Under the pieces are notes generated by a model. It did not search any database. It saw only the letters and a list, made by a program, of their open reading frames with translations, and was not told the DNA's origin. A program made the position numbers and the translations under genes. From Coniocarpon cinnabarinum (taxonomy: Eukaryota): 64,000 nucleotides of DNA. Where the stretch lies: positions 62,001 through 126,000 of the forward strand of contig JAVECO010000045.1 in NCBI GenBank assembly GCA_051942205.1, written 5' to 3'. Of the stretch, positions 59,401 through 64,000 are shown piece by piece; the first letter of the stretch is position 1, and the number at the start of each line of letters is the position of its first letter.

Positions 59401-59692
59401 TGGCCATTGCGTTGTCCTGCAGGTGAGTCTCTGCCATATCCCTCATTTTATCATAGCAATATCTCTTTCCAACCACTGACGTGTACACACCATAGGTAGT
59501 TGCACATCCACTTTCAAAACGCTAAGCACTCTCTTCGCCCACGTCGAAGAGTGTGATTTTTGTGACGAGGTCGAGAAGGGAACGGGGAGTCTCAAGGGCT
59601 TTGGCCGTGTAGGTGCTGGAAAGGTCTTGGGTGATTTGGAGGACGCGTTGAAGAGTTGTGTTAGGACGTGGGTGGCGGAGATGCAGGTTTGA
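56412..59692 (+). CDS. Multi-exon C2H2-type zinc-finger protein with a long disordered middle
   Basis: CEDCSRTF..H..H, CRRCGRVF..LQQHKRDSLAH and CWGACDETF..LVAHLEEG, plus a final exon CTSTFKTLSTLFAHVE. Splice signals near 56874, 58542, 58784 and 59423; exact junctions uncertain. Confidence 0.6.
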
Positions 59693-60148
59693 GAGTAGCT
59701 TGTTTTGGGTTTGTCGACGGGGAAATATTCTTGAAGAGGTGGCGCAGTGGAAAAGAGAAGGGTGGTAATGTCATTTGTAGCGGTATTATTGGCGTGCGGC
59801 TGCTGTACAGTTCGATTGGAATCCTGGGCTGCGTCAGTCGGCGATTGTCTGCTGATTCCATCTACACGCACGCACGTGCTGCATCGTATTGAAAACTCTC
59901 ACTTTGCATGGCATCTGCTGATGGGTCGCGGGCTTGGGAGGAGGTAGATGGCAGTGATGGATATGGAATCAGTCCACCGGTGAGGCAAGGCGCAATTGGG
60001 ACGAGACAGCGCTCAGCTGAATGGAAATTGAGGCCACATTGCCGTCAGTAGGGCGGCGAATGGCCATTCCGCTCGCAAAGCAGTGACTTGTGTTACGGGA
60101 AGTGCTCATGATCTGAGCCTTATTTCTCTCATCTCGGTATCTGTTTGC

Positions 60149-60406
60149 TCGATGTTTATATCGTAAATCTTCATGCCGTGCATTTCTATGAATATGGTTT
60201 ATGATAGAGTACTGTACTTCTCAAGATGCTTCTCTTCACTAATCTCGCTAATGTACTAATCGTCTGTCGATGTCCATATCGTGGGATCTTCATGCCATGC
60301 ATATCTATAATTCATTGTTTAACATCATTGCTTAACATAAAGTACTGTACTGCTCAAGATGCTGCGTCCCTTTATTAAGCTCGCCAAAGTACCGATCGTC
60401 TGTCGA
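60149..60406. repeat. Diverged non-coding tandem duplication (~118 and ~136 nt units)
   Basis: Blocks TCGATGT..ATATCGT..ATCTTCATGCC.TGCAT.TCTAT, AGTACTGTACT.CTCAAGATGCT and GTAC..ATCGTCTGTCGA each occur twice. Units start at 60149 and 60267. Confidence 0.85.
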
Positions 60407-60419
60407 AATAGCACCTTGG

Positions 60420-60500
60420 TTGTACAAGTCACGATTGTACAAGTGGAGGTTATACAAAGGCCGTACAAGTACTGCACAAGTACTGTACAAGTACCGTGCA
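60420..60500. repeat. Degenerate short repeat array of (T)GTACAAGT
   Basis: About 6 variants: TTGTACAAGT, TTGTACAAGT, TATACAAAG, CGTACAAGT, TGCACAAGT and TGTACAAGT. Confidence 0.7.
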
Positions 60501-60510
60501 CGCATCACAT

Positions 60511-63500
60511 TCACCGACTCACAGCCATCTCCCCTTCACCCTCCCACTCATCCTCACTCCCATTTGCCTCAAAGAACTCGTCATCACCCTGAGTCAGGAC
60601 GCTAGCTCCATCGCTATCATGTTTCCTGTGCGTTGCAGTGCCATGACGACCGGTATCGCTCGGTGCACTCGCCCTGCGTATTTCACCATTTTGATGTCCA
60701 TTCTGATGATGAAGAGTATTATTGCGAGAAGTTGTGGATGCTTGGAAAGTGCTGTGTTTGGGATGGGACGCCAGTTCCGAGACGGAATCGGTGGCTTCTC
60801 TGAGCTCGGAGCGGGTGCGTGCGTGGGTCTTGTCGTTTTCGTTGTCTTGCGGTGGTTCACTTGAAGAGGTGGGAGCTGTGCTGGGTCTTCGTTTGATTTC
60901 TTCAATTGGTCTTTCGCCATTCCGCTGGCTCTCTTCCTTCGAATCACCATTCGCTTGCGAATCTGTATTCTTCCCCTCCCGAGCATCACCATCATCCTGC
61001 GTCTCCGACCCAGACACCGCAGAACCATCTCGAGCCTCACCCTCCTTCTCACCCATCCAATCCCTCGCCCCCTCCGCCCGATCTCTAATAACCTCATCAT
61101 CATCCCCCGTCACAGCCTCATACGTCTCCGCAAAGTGCGTCTCACACAAATGGCGCACAACCTCCCAGCCATACGCATTCGCAAACATCCGCCGCACAAT
61201 CATATTATTATGGGCGTCGGGCTCCAGCCTCACGAGCACCTTCCGCCACGAGAGGTCGCGATGGTACGCTCTGGCGATTTTCTCCTCCACAGACATGGAC
61301 GATGTGTCGGCCTGGGAGCCGAGTTCCAGCGTCGTGCGCGTTCGTGATTTTCCGGCTTTGCTGGCCGCCGGCGTGGAGGTGGGAGGGTGGTGGGACTTTC
61401 TTCTAGGAAGTCCGGGCGAGTTCTGAGCTGATGACGACGTCGAGGGCGGTGAATTGGAGGTATCCGCGGAGTTCAACCGACGGAGACTATCGCTACTCCA
61501 GCTCCGGACCATGCCGCTCATGCTCCTGTTCTTCTTCTGTGGTGGGGGAGGTATGTCCTCAGGGTGGTAGATACGGTCGTGGAAAATGGAGCGTTTACGG
61601 GAGCTCGGGTCCGTGAGCCAGGGTTGTGTTGGGATGGGCGGGTTTATGATATCGGAGGCAGCTTCGAAGATGGAGGTCTTAGGCGGGGGTCCTTGCTCTG
61701 ACAAGATGAGGGAGTCACCGCGAGTGGCAGCGGGGCGATTCGTGGGCTTTTCTGAGATGGAAGAGCCGGGATCGGAGGTCGTCACGTCGTTGCCAGCGGC
61801 ACGCAGGGTTTGTGCGCGGCGCATGCGTTCCGTGGTCTTTTTCGAGATTTTGTGGCTATTCGTGTGATTGGTGCCTTGGTCGGCGTGGTGTGATTCCGTG
61901 GGCGAGGCTGAGCGTTTAGGAGAGGAAGAGCGGAAGAAGTTGAAGAGGGACTCGAAACGTGAAGGGCTCGTCTGGCGTGCGCGAGCGTAGGAATCTGTTT
62001 GTGGGGCCAGTGCTGCTACGTCGTGACTATTGTTCGTTTCGTCAGGTGCGTGAGGAGGGATGCCTAAGAACTGATGAGGTTCGGGAGATTCAGGCGTTGA
62101 GGTGGACGCGGTGGAGTCTTCGCGTTCTTTGCTTTGCGCGCGTGGCGTATCACCTTTGTAAATGTCACCCTCGAGGCCATTGTGTTTCAGAGAGCCAGGC
62201 GTGGGTGGTTCATGGGACACACTGTTTGCGCCTGTAAGCTCGTTCCAGCCGAACTGGGCCATGGTGCTGATCAGGCCATTGTCACGACGAGCGTTATCCA
62301 CGCGATCGAGGCCTCGCCAGTCGAGAAAGAGCAAACAGCTCGTTCTGAGAGGCACAATCCCGTCGTTGACGACGTTCGCGTAGACGGTGCGGTTTCGAAA
62401 TTGTTTAAGAACGTGATGGGCTGGACCTGATGGGAGGATGCGAAGAAGAGGTTTCGATCGTGGGTCTTCGGCTTGCTTGTCTTTCTGCTTGTCTTCTCCG
62501 CCACCAAAACCTGAGATCACGGCACTCCAACCAGAACGTGCAATAGTAGGGGCTCGCCAAGTCAAACCAAGATCTTGGCCGGTACGTCCCACGAGGCCAA
62601 AATCCAGAGCAAACCTGACATACAGAGGATTCTCATTGCTGAGTCCGAGCAGAGGTGCAGCCATAGTAATGAAGTTGATCGGTTTGATTTGTTCGAAGAA
62701 CTCTGGTGAATGTTTACGGATGTAGCCTATAGCGTAAAGTTGTATCAGCCCACCCAGAGAATGCCCAATGAAGCTGATACTCGTAAAGGTATAGGGTAGC
62801 TTCTCGGCTTCGTCCAAAGCTCGATGTATACTGCTGCCCGCATGTGCAGCTTTACCAGCGTGTGTATCGGCGCCCTTATTATTTGGCGTGATAGTGCTAG
62901 ATATCTTGTGTGACATGGATTTGGCTACAGGCAGAAAAGGCTGATCAGGGTATGTCATGGTGAGAATGAACTTTGCAAGTCGCTTGCCCAAGTATTGAAT
63001 GCCCTTCTCAGTTCTTGTAACATTCCCGGAAAAGCCGCGAACAATGACTTGTTCGTCGTCATCATCCTCTGCCGTCTCATAAGATTCAGGGAGATCATCT
63101 TGGCCTCCAGAAAGCTGTGCGGTTGATGTTTCCTGTTTCGAGCCATCTCCTGATATTGGTACAGGAGGCTGCTTAGTCTTCGATTGCCTCTCGCGCCTTC
63201 GCAACTCCGCCTTTCTCTTCCGCGCATCCTCTCTGGCCTGCTTCACCGTGGCATCGATGCTTTCTTTCATATACAGCATGTCGGCGCCGACATTGCTATG
63301 CAGTCCATGAGTCAGCACGACGAGGTGAATCTTCTTGCGCTTGAGTGGTTTCTGATCTTCGGTCTTCGAGTTCGATCGAGTCTGTGACATGGACCGTCTT
63401 ATCCCAGCCTTCCATGACTTTCTCTTGTTCTGCGCTGCGCGACTCTGATCTTCATCCGGCCAACGCGGTAGAGGCGGCTTGTTCCAAAGCTGGGCCGTGT

Positions 63501-64000
63501 CTTCCGCGACGAGTCTCACAGCTTTGGAGTAGACACCTCTTGGAGCAGGAGATGCTCCGGGGCCTTCAATCTGGTATTGGACAACATCATGAACCTTGCC
63601 TGGCTCGCCGTGGCCTCGACTTGCCAGCGCGGCGAAACCAGTGTCCAGGCTTCGCTCGTCTCGCGCGACCAAAAGTTCGTAGTGAACAGCCGCGTTTTGC
63701 GAGAAGAGGATCTGTGAAGCAATTTCAATGATCCATGTGCAACTTTGTGGCGACTCGGGGTTTTCACTTTGGAACCATGCTCTATCGCCACTCTCTTGGA
63801 TGTCCTCCGGAATCACAAGCTTAGCGTGAAAATGTCCGCCGGCTTTGAGGTTGGGCTCGAACTGTGGTGCGCCATCGTGCTTGGGGTCTTCGGGAGGCTT
63901 GTATGGGGTGAAATTCGACGAGTAAGCCGAGGCATGGAGGGTGTAAGGCCCCACGAGATATGCAGCGCGGTAAGGAATAGCAGTTGTGTTCTTGATCCTG
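60511..64000 (-). CDS. ROG1: DUF676 lipase/serine esterase, Rog1-like; 5' end outside window
   Basis: HLVVLTHGLHSNVGADMLY, SISFIGHSLGG (GxSxG), VYANVVNDGIVPLRTS and WRKVLVRLEPDAHNN. Confidence 0.85.
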   Translation of the reverse strand, partial: RIKNTTAIPYRAAYLVGPYTLHASAYSSNFTPYKPPEDPKHDGAPQFEPNLKAGGHFHAKLVIPEDIQESGDRAWFQSENPESPQSCTWIIEIASQILFSQNAAVHYELLVARDERSLDTGFAALASRGHGEPGKVHDVVQYQIEGPGASPAPRGVYSKAVRLVAEDTAQLWNKPPLPRWPDEDQSRAAQNKRKSWKAGIRRSMSQTRSNSKTEDQKPLKRKKIHLVVLTHGLHSNVGADMLYMKESIDATVKQAREDARKRKAELRRRERQSKTKQPPVPISGDGSKQETSTAQLSGGQDDLPESYETAEDDDDEQVIVRGFSGNVTRTEKGIQYLGKRLAKFILTMTYPDQPFLPVAKSMSHKISSTITPNNKGADTHAGKAAHAGSSIHRALDEAEKLPYTFTSISFIGHSLGGLIQLYAIGYIRKHSPEFFEQIKPINFITMAAPLLGLSNENPLYVRFALDFGLVGRTGQDLGLTWRAPTIARSGWSAVISGFGGGEDKQKDKQAEDPRSKPLLRILPSGPAHHVLKQFRNRTVYANVVNDGIVPLRTSCLLFLDWRGLDRVDNARRDNGLISTMAQFGWNELTGANSVSHEPPTPGSLKHNGLEGDIYKGDTPRAQSKEREDSTASTSTPESPEPHQFLGIPPHAPDETNNSHDVAALAPQTDSYARARQTSPSRFESLFNFFRSSSPKRSASPTESHHADQGTNHTNSHKISKKTTERMRRAQTLRAAGNDVTTSDPGSSISEKPTNRPAATRGDSLILSEQGPPPKTSIFEAASDIINPPIPTQPWLTDPSSRKRSIFHDRIYHPEDIPPPPQKKNRSMSGMVRSWSSDSLRRLNSADTSNSPPSTSSSAQNSPGLPRRKSHHPPTSTPAASKAGKSRTRTTLELGSQADTSSMSVEEKIARAYHRDLSWRKVLVRLEPDAHNNMIVRRMFANAYGWEVVRHLCETHFAETYEAVTGDDDEVIRDRAEGARDWMGEKEGEARDGSAVSGSETQDDGDAREGKNTDSQANGDSKEESQRNGERPIEEIKRRPSTAPTSSSEPPQDNENDKTHARTRSELREATDSVSELASHPKHSTFQASTTSRNNTLHHQNGHQNGEIRRASAPSDTGRHGTATHRKHDSDGASVLTQGDDEFFEANGSEDEWEGEGEMAVSR

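Overview
Eukaryotic DNA from a filamentous ascomycete (Pezizomycotina-type GT-AG introns with CTRAY branch sites). The backbone is conserved housekeeping genes: betaine lipid synthase (3' end), a GPI-type cell-wall protein, THO subunit Hpr1/THOC1, eIF4G, Ski2, Cox16, Tad2, Aquarius/Cwf11, Tfb2, TOR, a Gre2-like reductase, a C2H2-type protein and a DUF676/Rog1-like lipase (5'-truncated). A ~12 kb accessory block (17-29 kb) holds a tandem trio of small secreted Cys-rich genes, a decayed methyltransferase, an RBR E3 ligase and a tandem array of an unrecognised ~270-aa domain. The main find is a tRNA-Leu(CAA) gene (16006-16170). Besides the usual 37/38 tRNA intron, it has a 56-nt insertion in the T-loop with all the marks of a spliceosomal intron (GTATGT...CTAAC...TAG). 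Removing it restores a perfect T-arm and B-box, and the insertion carries its own near-consensus B-box. Gene identities come from motif recognition only; no database search was run.
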